A DNA stretch of 45,074 bases, counting the filler, from Jimgerdemannia flammicorona (taxonomy: Eukaryota): the NCBI GenBank assembly GCA_003990765.1. It is 2 parts of 2 records of this genome, joined end to end, with 100 filler letters (N's around TTAATTAATTAA, not from the genome) between each part and the next. Parts side by side here need not be neighbours in the genome. Positions count along the whole stretch, not along the records: positions 22,591 to 45,074 come from RBNJ01001269.1; 1 more part is not named here. One strand, 5' to 3'. Both the position numbers and the translations under genes were made by a program. Below the pieces are notes generated by a model. It was given only the letters and a program-made list of their open reading frames with translations. It did no database searches and was not told the DNA's origin. Below, in pieces: positions 22,491 through 35,548 of this stretch; position 1 is the first letter of the stretch; each line of letters begins with the position of its first letter.

Positions 22491-22590
22491 NNNNNNNNNN
22501 NNNNNNNNNNNNNNNNNNNNNNNNNNNNNNNNNNTTAATTAATTAANNNNNNNNNNNNNNNNNNNNNNNNNNNNNNNNNNNNNNNNNNNN
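22491..22590. other. Artificial contig-joining linker
   Basis: 44 N + TTAATTAATTAA (stops in all six frames) + 44 N, exactly 100 bp, between segments of 22490 and 22484 bp. Confidence 0.92.
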
Positions 22591-25500
22591 AATCCCCCTA
22601 GGGGGGCCCCTCTTCCCTACCTCTTCTTGATGAAACACTATGCTATCAAACACCATTACCACCCATCCACCACTCTGTGTGCAGATCCCTTCTACCAGAC
22701 AGCGACATTGCCCACTGTGTGGTCCCCATCCAACCCACCACCCCATCAGCAGATCTGCCACTAACTCCTCCCATCTCAACAACTTCTCCCATATCTCTAT
22801 CTGCTGTTCCTCCTTAAAAACAAAGAGCCAATATCCCACCAACCCCACTCACACTGCAATGACCCACCCTACAGTAAGCCATCTATTGCCAACACCTTCC
22901 ACAAGTCGAGATTCCAGATCCTCCCAACAACCCTGCTCTCCATCTGGTCTCCTTTCAACCCCTAGCCAGTCCCCAACAGCTATCCAAAAGTCCCCCAGCA
23001 CCTCATGCATCTGTCCTTAGAAACATGGACCCAAACTTGAAGTTCACAGTTACTACAGATACATCTAACTTTGCCATTGGTGCAGTCATTTCTCAAGATG
23101 ATGGTCAAGGACACTGACCTATTGCCTTTGAGTTAAGAAAATTGTCTCCAGCAGAACAAAAGCTGGCTACTTATGAAAAGGAACTCCTGGCAATTATGCA
23201 TGTCCTCAAGACTTAGCAATACTACCTAGAAGAAGTTGAGTTTGATATGATCACTGATCACAAGTCCCTTCAGTACATCAACACTTAACTAACTCTTTCT
23301 CGCCAACAAGCCAAGTGGAGTCAACTACTTCAGGCCTTTACTCCAAACATCATCTATAAGTCTGGTAAAACTCTAGTTGTACCAGATGTACTTTCAAGAA
23401 GATCTGACCTTGCTGCAATTTTACAAGTCACTATGACACCTGAATTCCTCAATCAGATCAAGAAGGCATATGAACAAGACTCTCTGGTTCTACAAAAGAA
23501 TACCAAGGAATTCAAGGAAAAATACACCATCAAGGACAACCTCATGTACTATCAAGACAAAGTATATATTTCTGCCAACCCTGAACTATGGTATAAGATT
23601 CTTTGTGAACATAATGACTCCCTACTAGCTGGTTACCTTGGAACTGAGAAGACTGTCAAGAATATCCAATGAGACTACTACTGGCCAAACATGCTCAAGG
23701 AAATCAAGGAGTATGTCCAAAGCTGCAATCTTTGTCAAAGAAATAAGTCAAGCAACCAAGCATCCACTGGTCTTCTACAACTCTTGCCAATTCTAACCAA
23801 GAAGTTTGAATAAGTCACAATGGACTTCATTGTGCAACTCCCATGAACCAAAACAGGCTATAATATTATTGTTGTATTTGTGGACCATTTCACCAAGATT
23901 ACAATCGCCAAGCCAATCACAACCAATGCCACTACCCCAGAAATTGCCAGAATCTTCAAGACTGTCTTCCACCATTATGGACTTCCCTGAGTAATTATCA
24001 GTGACTGTGACTCCAAGTTCACAAGCCACTTCTGGTAAGCACTCTTTAAGACCCTTGGAACCCAAATTGCTATATCTACTGCCTTCTACCCTCAAACTGA
24101 TGGACAGACTGAGAAAATTAACAGAATACTTGAACAAATGCTCAGAAACTATGTGTCTTATGAGCAAGATAATTGAGACCACTATCTGACCTATGCTGAG
24201 TTCACCTACAATAATGCCATCCAATCATCAACTGGCCTTTCTCCATTTCAGCTACTTCATGGTCAAAACCCCAAGACCCCTACAAGCCTAGTCTCATTCC
24301 AGCAATCCAGTCACACACAAGTTTCCACAGTCCAGAACCTTATTGACAAAATGGATTCTCTCCTCATGATTACCACTACAAACCTGCAAAGGCTCAGCAA
24401 TATCAAGCTAAGTATGCAGACAAGAAGTGGTAAGATGTCATATACAACATTGGTGATATGGTTTTACTCAAAGCTGACAATATCAAGGCTCAATCTCAAG
24501 TCAATCGCCAGTCAGCCAAATTCCAGCCCAAGTACCTTAGACCCTTTGAGATCACCAAGCAAGTCTCCACCTGGTCTTACTGTCTCAACTTGCCAACAAC
24601 CATGTGTATATACCCAGTATTCCATATGTTACAACTCAAGGCCTGGAACCAGTCACCTCTATATCCTGGCCGAATTCTGACACTATCAGCACTAGTGATA
24701 GTTGAAGACCACATTGAGTATGAAGTTGAGAAAATCTTGGACAAATGAGTCTGGTACTATCACACAGAATACCTAGTCAAGTGGATGGGTTATCTTGAAT
24801 ATGATGCCACCTGGGAACCTGCCACCAATCTCAGGAACTCCCAAGACCTCATCTAAGAGTTTGAGCAAAAGGAACTCATTGACTGCCCATGAGGTTCTCC
24901 TCTTGGATAGTAGATGATATACTGTGTTGATTAGGTACATTAAGCATCAGGGTACTCTAAAGAATACTGTATCAGAAATAAGAGATATAGGAGAACTCTA
25001 TAAATCTTACAACCAATGAGGTTTGAATCAGTTCTTATCTGATCAAGATGATACTTTGGCCCTCATCTTATACAAGAATGGCCAGTCTTTGCCAATGAGC
25101 CAACATATTTTATTTGAAGTTTCTTTTAGTCTTATTGTTTATTATATATAACTTTGAGAATTCAATGAGGATATTGATTCTTAAGGAAGGAGAGATATAA
25201 CATTTTAGCATAGTTTATTTCTTTTCTTTGTCTTTTCTCAATATTCTACAATCTTCCAATACTTTCCAAACACTTAGAAATCCTTTCTTAGTGCTGAGCA
25301 TCCACTAGTACTTATTTAGCTAGTTACTGAATATTCTGGAAACTTGTAGAACTTTATTCATCATTATTTGTCATTCTTGCTGAGAACTTTCCTCTTGGCA
25401 TTTTCCTTTGATTTCTCAGATCCTTCCAGATCCTTCTTTCAGATCTTATATAAATATCCCCTTTGTTCTTATGAATAAAGCCTCAGAATATTTTCTTCCA

Positions 25501-25609
25501 GAAATCCTTCAAGAATACTTGAACCTTTAAGTATCTCTCTGAGCTACTTTAGACTAATCAGAACTTCCAGATTTAGTTACTTCCTCTTAAAGAAACTAGA
25601 ACCATTATA
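22591..25609 (+). mobile_element. Decayed Ty3/Gypsy chromovirus-like element: RT, RNase H, integrase, chromodomain, PPT and 3' LTR (~25196-25609)
   Basis: VTTDTSNFAIGAVISQ; YEKELLAI; ITDHKSL; integrase HHCC-like region and YPQTDGQTE; chromodomain EYEVEKILD..EYLVKWMGY..ATWEP; polypurine aaggaaggagaga at 25183-25195. Confidence 0.88.
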
Positions 25610-25739
25610 TCTCTCATATACAAATTACTATTGCAAAATGAATTAATAAGTTGTTCAAAGATAATGAGCCAGCCCTAGCTCATTTCTAAGAAGTAGTCCC
25701 AAAAGACTTCAGATATATCTAAAGACACCATTAGGAGAA

Positions 25740-27112
25740 TATAATGATGCAAATTACACAGTATAAGAAGATATAACTTATGAAAGCTTAGAAGTTCAAG
25801 TAAATAGAATGTTTCAGAGATAAATCACCTATTCAGAAGGAAGTTATAATAGTTGATCTAAATTAGAAATATGAATTAAAAGAATAAACATTTGGTCATG
25901 GTACCTAAATCTAATTCCCAAATATAGTATAGCCTTATAAATAGTAGTTATTTCACAAATGTTAAAGTTTTGACAAATATTAACATTTTTACTAATGTTA
26001 AAATTTCACAGATATTAAAGATTTAACAAATATCAAAGATTAATACTTGTGAAAAGTGACTCACAGAAAACATAGTTATAACTAGCTACCTTATAGCTAG
26101 CAAACTTATATAAATATCCCCAGTATCTAGAGTAAATAAATCTCAGATTAAAATAGTTCAAAGCAAAGAAAAAGTAAAAGAACTAGTAAGCCTATAGATA
26201 GATATACTTTGAACTCACTTACTTCTACATCTTAAGGATACCATAGAGTCAAAGAAGATCAAGTTTTCAAAATACAGAAATCTGACATACTTATACAGTT
26301 ATATATTTACTATATTATAATAATTAAATTATTAATTTATAATTATAATAAACTAATAAACTCTTAATATTTAAAATATATTATTACTATTATAATTATT
26401 TTTAAATTAATATATTTTTGATAAAATATAATTAATATATTTTATTAATTTACTAATAGTTATTAATTAAACTATTATTAGTTTATTAGTATTATTAAAA
26501 TATTTAATAAATAATAATTTAATAATATTTATATATTATAATATAGTAGACATATAACTGTATAAGTATATCAGATTTCTGTATCTTGAAAACTTGATCT
26601 TCTTGATTCTGCATAGTTCTCAGAATGTAGAGATGGGTGAGTTCAAAGTATATCTATCTGTAGACTTATTAGTTCTCTTACTTTCTCTTTACTTTGAACC
26701 ATTTTGATCTGAGGTTTATTCATTCTAGATACTGAAATATTTATATAAGTTTGCTAGCTATAAGATGGCTAAGTTATGACTATATTTTCTATGAGTCATT
26801 TTCTATAAGTATAGATTCTCTATATCTGTGAAATCTCTATAATTGTAAAAATTCTATATCTGTAAATTTCTATATTTATAAAGTTTCTATATTTGTAAAA
26901 ATATGACTACTATTTATAAGGCTATACTATATTTGGAAATTAGATTCAGATATCATAATCAAATGTCTTTTCCTTTAATTCATATTCCTAATTTAGATCA
27001 ACTATCACAACTTTCTTCTAAATAGATAATTTATCTCTAAAACATCCTATTCACTCAAACTCTCAAGCCTTTATAAGCTGTATCTCCTTGTACTGTACAA
27101 TCTATACTATCA
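25740..27112. repeat. ~1.37-kb foldback: two ~580-bp inverted LTR-like arms around a nearly pure A/T centre
   Basis: 25740-26320 matches the reverse complement of 26535-27112 (e.g. aatacagaaatctgacatacttatacagttata / tataactgtataagtatatcagatttctgtatc). Confidence 0.88.
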
Positions 27113-27199
27113 CCAGGATATCTTTCTCAGTTACCATTCATGTTATATATACTTTTACAATACACTTTCAAGACATTTATTGAAGAAAGATACTAAGAT

Positions 27200-30100
27200 C
27201 ATAGTAACCAATATGTGAGCTAATATGTATACTAGGTTGGGTGAACCTGGAGCCTTTGACTGGCAACATATTGGACAAGGGTATGGATTAAGGATGGGGT
27301 CTTTCAGAGGTCTGAGTGGACAGGATGTTCAGACAGTAGTAGCAGTACTGGGGAAGAAGCAGAAGAGCAGAGGGAGAGAAGCTTTGCTGATATGCTGAAG
27401 GCTGGAGGATGGCTGGTTGGATCTTGTAGTGGGTAAACAGAGGGGAAGGGAAAGCAGAGGGAAGGAGAAGTGAAAGATTCAGTATCTTAACTAGTGGATG
27501 GAAGGGCTGGTAGAGCAGCAGCTGAGAGTAGGGGGGAGACTACTGATAGTAGCATAACTGAGAATCTGGAAAAAAATCCAGATATGACAGTTAATGGTGG
27601 AGCCAGATAGATGGAACCAAAGAGGAAGAGAGATCTGGCTGATGATGTGATAGAGCTGGCAGTGGTACTATTACTCAAGAAATTGATCTCAGATTTGCTA
27701 TGACCTTATGCTTCTGGGGCCTAGCAGTGATAGTGAGGATGGTCCTGGAGATTATCTTGAAGCAAGTGGCAGGAGCTGCCTCAGTGAAGTTTCTGAAGAG
27801 ACTGGAGGGGGTTGAAGTGGGTTTTGAGGAGGCAGGTCTGCTGGAGGAAGTATTGAAGACTGGAGTGGCTATAGGAGAGATGGTAGTCTCTATGGTATAG
27901 TGCTTGAGGTGGGACCCCAGAGTAGTCCAGTTACTGGTAAAGGAGGTATCTTCAGTGATAATAGTGGAGACTAAGAGGAGAGTTGAGGAGGTGATGGTAG
28001 AGTATAGTGATGTGGTGGATATTGGATTTCAGATATAGGAGGGAATTACTTTTAGGACTAGTAATATTGATATCAGGATTCAGCTGGCTGAGAGAGAGGC
28101 CACTGAGAAGACAAGTGACTGGCCTTCAGTAATACTGTAGGGGGCTTTTATCTATAAGATGTCAAGGGTAAAGAGGAGCAAGGAGGAGGAGGAGGACCTT
28201 CTGAAAGTGTTAGAGGAACTTGGAGGAGCAGTGGAATGTCAGGTGAAAGCTTGGAAGACCTATGTAGATTTGATACATTGGGAGGTAGTAGAGAGGAAGT
28301 ATGTTAGAGTAGATAAGAGGCAGTGGGAGAAGGTCCAAGGAAGGAAGCTATAGAGAGAGCTATTGGCTAATATGAAGAAGAGTACTATTAAGGTATCAAG
28401 TAGAGCAGGGGGGATAGAGGGAATGAAGACAAGTAACTGGACTAATGGCAGAGAGGAGCTAAGGAAGGTAGATATGTAGGTGGCAAGGAGAGCTAGGGAT
28501 CAGTTACTATATGATGATGGTGTGCTGGAGGTCTTTGAGAATGATGAGGATAGCAGAGTACCAGCTGGCCCTAGAAAGATGCAAGGTGGTGAGAATGTTG
28601 AGATGAAGGATACATATAGGGTCAGATTTGAGGTCCCCAATGCAGCAATGGAAGGACAGATAGTAGGATCTCAGGAGGATGAGCTGGTAGATGTCTCAGA
28701 TGGTGAGTGGGAAGAAACTGCCAGTACAGAAATTGATACCTTTATGCTTGGTGTGGGAAGGTCAGACACCCCAGGGGGGAAGGATGTTGGAGATCTACAG
28801 TAGATATGTTGTATTATGTACAACTTGGCAGCTGAGGAGTTGAGAGAGGTGGACTTGAGAGTTGTTAGTAAGGAGTATTGGAAAAGAGTACTTTGGGGTA
28901 ATGGTATAGTAGAGGCTCTCAAGGTTGAGGTATTGGTAATTTTCATAGAAGAGGAGGGGTATGAGGTTGATGAGGTAAGGGAGAAAAAGTTGGTGGCAGC
29001 TACTGGAGAATGGGCTGCATTCTGGTGGAAGCAGAGGAGAGGACTTCAACTCTGGCAGAGTATATGCCAGGAGTATAGGGATACAATAGAAGAGAAGGAG
29101 GATGTGGAACTAGCTGAACTTCTGGCTAAATTGAAGGTGAATAAGCTTGTGAGAGTGGAGTCTACTGTAGAGTAAGGAATGGATCTAGCAAGGAAGGAGA
29201 GGAGGACTGAGTTGTAAAGAGACCATACTTCTAAATATTATTTCCAATAAACAGTACAACTAATATTTTTTCTCTAAATGTAAATAGATTATAGAGATCT
29301 GGGCAGTGTAAAAACATTTTCACTTAGTTTAAGAGATTGGAGGCTAATCTCTTTCTGATACAGGATGTATATTGCAAGGATGATATGGATCAAGTAGAGT
29401 GGACTAGAGAATGAGAAGAAGCTACAGCTTGAATTGGCAAAGTGACAATTTTGGTATGGAGTGGTAAAGGAGATTTAGGTGGAATCAGAAGCTGGGGAGA
29501 CCATTTGGTATAGGGGGAATGGCATCAATCTGGGTGGGAGCTAGTGAAAGTTGGCTCTTACTACTGCCTAGCAGCTAGGGGTGAGCAGATTGTATAGATT
29601 AAGGGTCTTTTAGAGGAGGGTGCTTTCTGAGAGGATAGAGTAGATATTCTGGAAGGTGACTTCAATATGGTGTGGAATCTTCAGTTAGATAGAACTGATA
29701 GAGAGAGGAGTGCTGGTGGAAGAAGTAGTGGTCTGAATGCATGGAAGGAGGTAGAGAACCTTAGCTCCTTAGAGAATATAGGCAGAATATAGTAGAGAGA
29801 AAAGAGGATTTACACACACTGAGTAAATGGCCTAGATACAAGGATTGGCTGGATCCTGACAGCCAAATGCTCAGGCATAGATGTTTGGAGAAATCTGGAG
29901 ATAGAGTGGTGCCTATGGTCAGATTACTAGAGATTGTTAGAGTAGGGGCAGTTTGGGGAAAGTGGAGATAGATCTGGACATTGGTGCCTTAACTCTTCCC
30001 TACTGGCTGAGAAGGTGTTATGGAACTCTTGGGCAGAGAACATTCAGATAAAGATCACTAGCTGGATATATGTATGAGGGCTCACCAGTGGATATCTGGT

Positions 30101-32118
30101 AGATGAAGTTGAAAGAGACTGTAAGGATTTACTGGGGCAGAGCTGGTAGAGATATTGGGAGGCAGAGAAGGAAAAGAGTGAGGTGTGCTTTCAATAGGTT
30201 GTTTAGACTGCAGATGGAATGGGCTGATTTGATAAATTCTGGAGAGGTGGATGACTGGAGGTTAGTGCGAGCTAAGCTAGAAGTGGTGGAGTTGTAACAG
30301 ATGTTGAGAGAGGAGAAGGAGATGTATATAAAAGAAATGGCATCTAGGCTGAGGTGGCAGGAGCTTGAGGAGGGGGGGAGGCCTAGGTACTTTTCCAGAC
30401 TTCTCCAGGCAAGAAGGGTGAGACATCAATAGGATGGAGTTCTTAATACAGAGGGGAAAATAGTACATAATATACAACAGATCTTGGAGTTGCTGAAGGA
30501 GTGATAGAGGGGTCTGTAGAGTGAGAAGGAAGGGGGTGCCAATGTAGAGACAATTGGAGACACTCTGGAGAATTGGGAGCCACCACAAGTAGAGGGCCTG
30601 GGAAATTGATCCTACTGGTCTAAGAGGAGGAGATTCAGAGAGTCCTTACAGCAACTAAGCTTAGAACAGCACCAGGAGAGGATGGACTACCTTGGGATTT
30701 TTGGAAGAAGATGGTGAGGGTCCCTGGAGTGTTAGGAGAGATGGCAGCCCTCTGAGACCTTGTTCTTCTAAATGGTCAGTAGATGGGAGAGCAGGACCTA
30801 GGGCTGGTGGCCCTGTTGTATAAGGACAAGGAAAGGAGAGAGAACTGGAAGAACTGGAGACTGATCATGCTTCTGAATATGGACAGGAAGATGGTTAAGG
30901 TGATTGTAGCAAGATTACAAAAGGTTGCCCAACAGATATTAGATGAGAAGTAGTGGGGCTTTGTTAGAGATAGACTTATTAGAGATGGGATGGCCTGGGT
31001 CTATGGCATCATTGAAGAGGCATGGACTAGTAGATTGGATAGAAGACTGGTCTTTTTGGACCAAGAGAAAGTCTATGACTATGTTTAGTTGGTGTGGCTG
31101 GATAAGGTGCTGAACAGAATAGGAGTTCTCCTACTATTTCGAACTTTTATGTTAAATCTGTTAGAGGGTAGTAGGGTGGCACTGATGTGTAATAGTCACC
31201 AGGGTCTGGTATTTCTCTTTGGGAGAGGAGTTTCTCAGAGGGATTCACTATCTACTATTCTATATGCCCTTTCTTTAGAATCTTTAATAGATAGAATTTG
31301 ACAGAAGGTAGCAGAGCTCTCTATCTATGGTGTGGTGTAGAAGGTGGGGGCCTTTGCAGATGACATAGTGGTTGGACTTAGATCAGTGGTAGATATTAAG
31401 GCTCTTAAGGAGATAGTAGAATGGTATGAGGCATACTCTGGAGCAAAACTCAACTGGCATAAGTATGAGACAATGGTGTTAGGAAATAGACTAGTAGGAG
31501 GGGATATAATTGGAACAATTGTCTCTACAGGAGAGGTGGTGAGATATCTGGGTATCTTTCTTTCAGTGTATAGATCTGTTTTGTCATGAGTGTGGTAGAG
31601 AGGAGGGTGGCCATCTGGGGGGAGGCTCTTAGATGTTAAGGAGGTCACTATATCTCTCTAGCAGGCCAGATATTGATTCTGAATATCTACTGGCCCTAAG
31701 TTATAGTATATTGCCTATTACTTGGACTTTCTAGCTTGGGTGGTGAAGATACTGATAAAACTGGCTAGAGATTGGATTTAGACTGAGAGGTAGTCCCAGA
31801 TCAGTTGGGATACTCTTTCAATGCCAGTAGTTCAAGAAAAGCTAGGACTAGTAGACTTTCCTAAGAGGCTACACTGCCTGAGAGTATGGTGGTTAAAGTG
31901 GACTATTGAACTGTGGGGAGGGAGATGGGTGCTGCTGATATAGAAGATATGAGATGAGATTCTCCCCAAGAGAGTTCTCAGGAGATTTGCTATCTCTGGT
32001 GGGTCTGGGTAGAAGCCATTGGCTATGGTATAAAGGCTTCTGGTGGGGGGTGGCAGATGGAGCACATTGCATAGGCTTATGCTGGCATAGCAATGAAGGG
32101 GAGATGCTGTAGAGACCA
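27200..32118 (+). mobile_element. Decayed LINE (L1/Tx1-like): ORF1 remnant, APE endonuclease, RT; 3'-truncated
   Basis: IFSLNVN, GDFN and WSDY (endonuclease); TAPGEDGLPWDFWK, NWRLIMLLNMDRK, LDQEKVYD, GVSQRDSLS, FADDIVV, RYLGI, MPVVQEKLGL. Confidence 0.88.
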
Positions 32119-35100
32119 ATATCTATTCAGCAGAAATCTTATAGAATACCCCATCATCTAAAAATATTTGAGAAGGAACATATTCAGAAACTCTTAAAAA
32201 ATAGAGTTATCTAACCCTCTATTAGCCTCTGGATCAGCTCTATACTTATTATACCAAAGAAAGAAAGATAGAGACTCTGTATAGATTACAGGAAACTCAA
32301 CTCAGTAACAGAAAAAAATGCCCAGAATCAATGATCTTTTAGACCAGTTACAAGATACCAGATACTTCAGCTGTACAGATCTTTTTACAGGATTCCATGA
32401 GATCTCCATTGACCCAAAAGACATTCAGAAGACAGTCTTTCTTACTCTAGAAAAACTATTTAAATACCTCTAAATACTCTTTAGATATTGCAATATATCT
32501 CCCATCTTTTAGAGAATAATAAATTCAGTCTATGGCTCACTGATCTACTACTGCCTGATTGTATATATAGATGATTCAAATATCTATTCAGTAAATTTTG
32601 AGGAATACCTACACTACCTAGAATAATTCTTCAAGCTCACCTATAAGAATTATCTGAGACTCAATGTTAAGAAATGCTACTTTAGAAAATAGAAACTTGA
32701 ATTTCTTGGATTTATAGTTTAAAAGAAGGAACCCATATAGATCTAAAAAAAAACTAAGAAGATTAACAATTGACCAGTACCTAAGACCCTGATGGAAACA
32801 CTATCATTCCTAATATTGGTATTCTACTATAGAAGGTTCATTAAAGACTTTACCCAAATCACTACCCTAATATGAATTTTTCTCAAGAAAGGAGTACCTT
32901 ACAAATAGACAGAATTACAAGAGAAAGTCTTTAAAGAACTCAAGTACTGCATAATCACAGCACTAATTCTTATTTGGCCCAATCTATTGAAGCCATTTAT
33001 CTTGTATACAGATACTTCCAAAGATGACCTCAGAGCAGTTCTAGCCTAAGAAGGATCTGACCAATAATACTATATGATAGCTTATATAAGCTGAGCAACC
33101 AATCAGCAGTAAACCAACTATAGTAGCACTAAACTGGAGTATCTTACAGTCATATGAGCAGTTATCTTGTTTAAGTATTATCTTATTAGAAAAAGATTCA
33201 CTCTAATAACTAACTATATAGCCCTTAAATGGCTATTCAACTATAAGGAATCCACCAGAATCCTAGCCTACTGGATTCTTATCCTTCAGAATTACAAAAT
33301 CACCATCATTTATAAAGCAGAGAAAGATCACAACAATATTAATATACTTTTTCATCAATCTCAATGAACTAGAAGAAGGGTATACTGAGGAACTACATCC
33401 TAAAGGAAGCTCCTCTAATTATCAAAGTATAAAAAGATCTCATCCAAAAAGAATACCAGAAAGCCCACCAAGGACAGGTGAATATAGAAGAAAAGCTACA
33501 AACAATATATCAATATTAGTCCAATCTCAGAACACAAGTCTGAGATATACTCAAGAAATATGACATCTGCCAAAAGTACTAAGAAAGAAAGAACCACCAA
33601 GCACTATTACAACCAATCATACTATCAGACAACATCTTTCAGAGATGGAGAGTAAATATAATTGAACCTTTACTCATTATACCAAAAGGAAACAAGTATA
33701 TCCTTATACTTATAGAATACCTGACCAAGTGGCCCAAAGCTTTCTCAATAGAAATTGCAGATGTCTCAACTATTGTAGACCTCCTCCATAGACTCATACT
33801 CAGATATAGACCTCCAGAAGAACTTATCTCTAATTGAGATACAGAATTTATTAATAATATAATTATAAGTTATATCTAAACATAAGATTCATCTCAAATA
33901 GACTATATCATACTACCCTCAGACCAATGGTATGACAGAATGAATAAACCAGACTATTTGCCTGAGTCAATCCTACTAATTAGAACCTCTGCTTACCTAA
34001 GATCTTATGGGAAATTCGAAATACCCCTACTGTCTCCACCAAACAAAAACTATTCAAAATAATTTTTATCAAGAGAACTAAAACTGCTGACTATGAGAAC
34101 TTCAGAGACCTCTTCAAGAAGACAGAATAGTTATATAATCAAGCATGAGTTCAGATTATCAAGGCTCAAGAGAGATAAAAGAAGTACTATAATCAGAAGT
34201 AGAAGAATTAGAAGATCAAGATTGAAGATCAAGTACTAGTTTGAAGAAGTATAAATATATGAACCTTGAGGATATCAGTATACATCAACTATCTCAAGAT
34301 ATACCTCTCCTATATAATGAATCAGAGGATTGATCAGTACCTCTAAACCCTCATTCTTAGTTCATTCCAATCACTTCTGATTCTCCTATCTCAATTCTGC
34401 TCAGCCTATAGAAACTCTCTCTAGTAAATTCAGATTCATTAAGAGAATCTCACTTTGGCCAGACATCTCCTATAAGTCCACCAACTATAGGCCTACTATA
34501 TAATTAGTAAACAGTTGTAAAACCTCCTAGCTCCAGAATAGACCTATATCAGAAACATCACAGGTCTGATATAAAGATATATCACTACTACTGACAGACT
34601 ATATACCATCTATAAATGAAATGTTGTAGCATTGATATAGACACAGTTCTCTCTACATAATATATAAGAGATGAATCTAGCCACCTACTTGAGTATTATC
34701 AACTATGTTGAAATCCTATTCCCAGAGAAAGAAAGAAAACCTATAAAGTAGAGTGACTCTGATACCAATGAAGATAATAGTTCAGATATTTATACTGAGG
34801 ATGTTTATGTATATTAAAGTGATAACTAAAGGATAGTCTGAGGACAGACTATCTTTTAGTAGGAGCTGATATAACAAGTAATAGAAATTGTACTAAAAAT
34901 AACTATATAGTGAGTGTACTTAATAGTCATGGATATATACATAAAAAGACAGTCAAACATATCTGAGTATATAAAAGATAGTCAAATATGTCTGGAGACA
35001 TCTAGAACTGCTTTGTCATAATAACTTATATAATTAGCCAAATATATCAAAAAGAGTATATTTATCTATATAGGATCTAAATATTTATACAGAACCTGAA

Positions 35101-35548
35101 CACTTATATAGGACTAGAACACTTATATTGAGTCAGAAATACCTACCATAAATAGTTTTCTATAATTAGCAACATATTAATCTGATAGTAACCATAACTG
35201 TACAAAATACTCTAGAGATAAGAGTGAATAAATCTTAGTCCAAAATTAAATCTAAAGCAAAATATAAGTCTGCCTACCACACTTTGAAAAGAACTCTATA
35301 ACTATTGCTAAAAGATTGTAAGCTTTGCCATTTCTACTCTAGTCCACTTTTTGATATAAAGAATAAGTCTATTTTTGATCTGCTTATTAGACAAGTCTGA
35401 ATAATTTGAGTAAATCCACTGCTCAAAGAAGAGCTGCCATTTTTAAGAAGAAGTCTACTATTCCTAGAGAGCCTATTATTCTTGCTATAAGTTAGTCTAT
35501 CTGATGCAACTTCACAGTAGAACTAGTCTATAATATAACCCTATATAA
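32119..35548 (+). mobile_element. Heavily decayed Ty3/Gypsy 3' half: RT, RNase H, integrase, accessory ORF, 3' LTR from ~34870
   Basis: LCIDYRKLN, DLFTGFHEI, VYIDDSNIYS, FILYTDTS, ITNYIALKWLF, EYLTKWPKA, YYPQTNGMTE; purine-rich tract before tataac at 34870. Confidence 0.82.
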
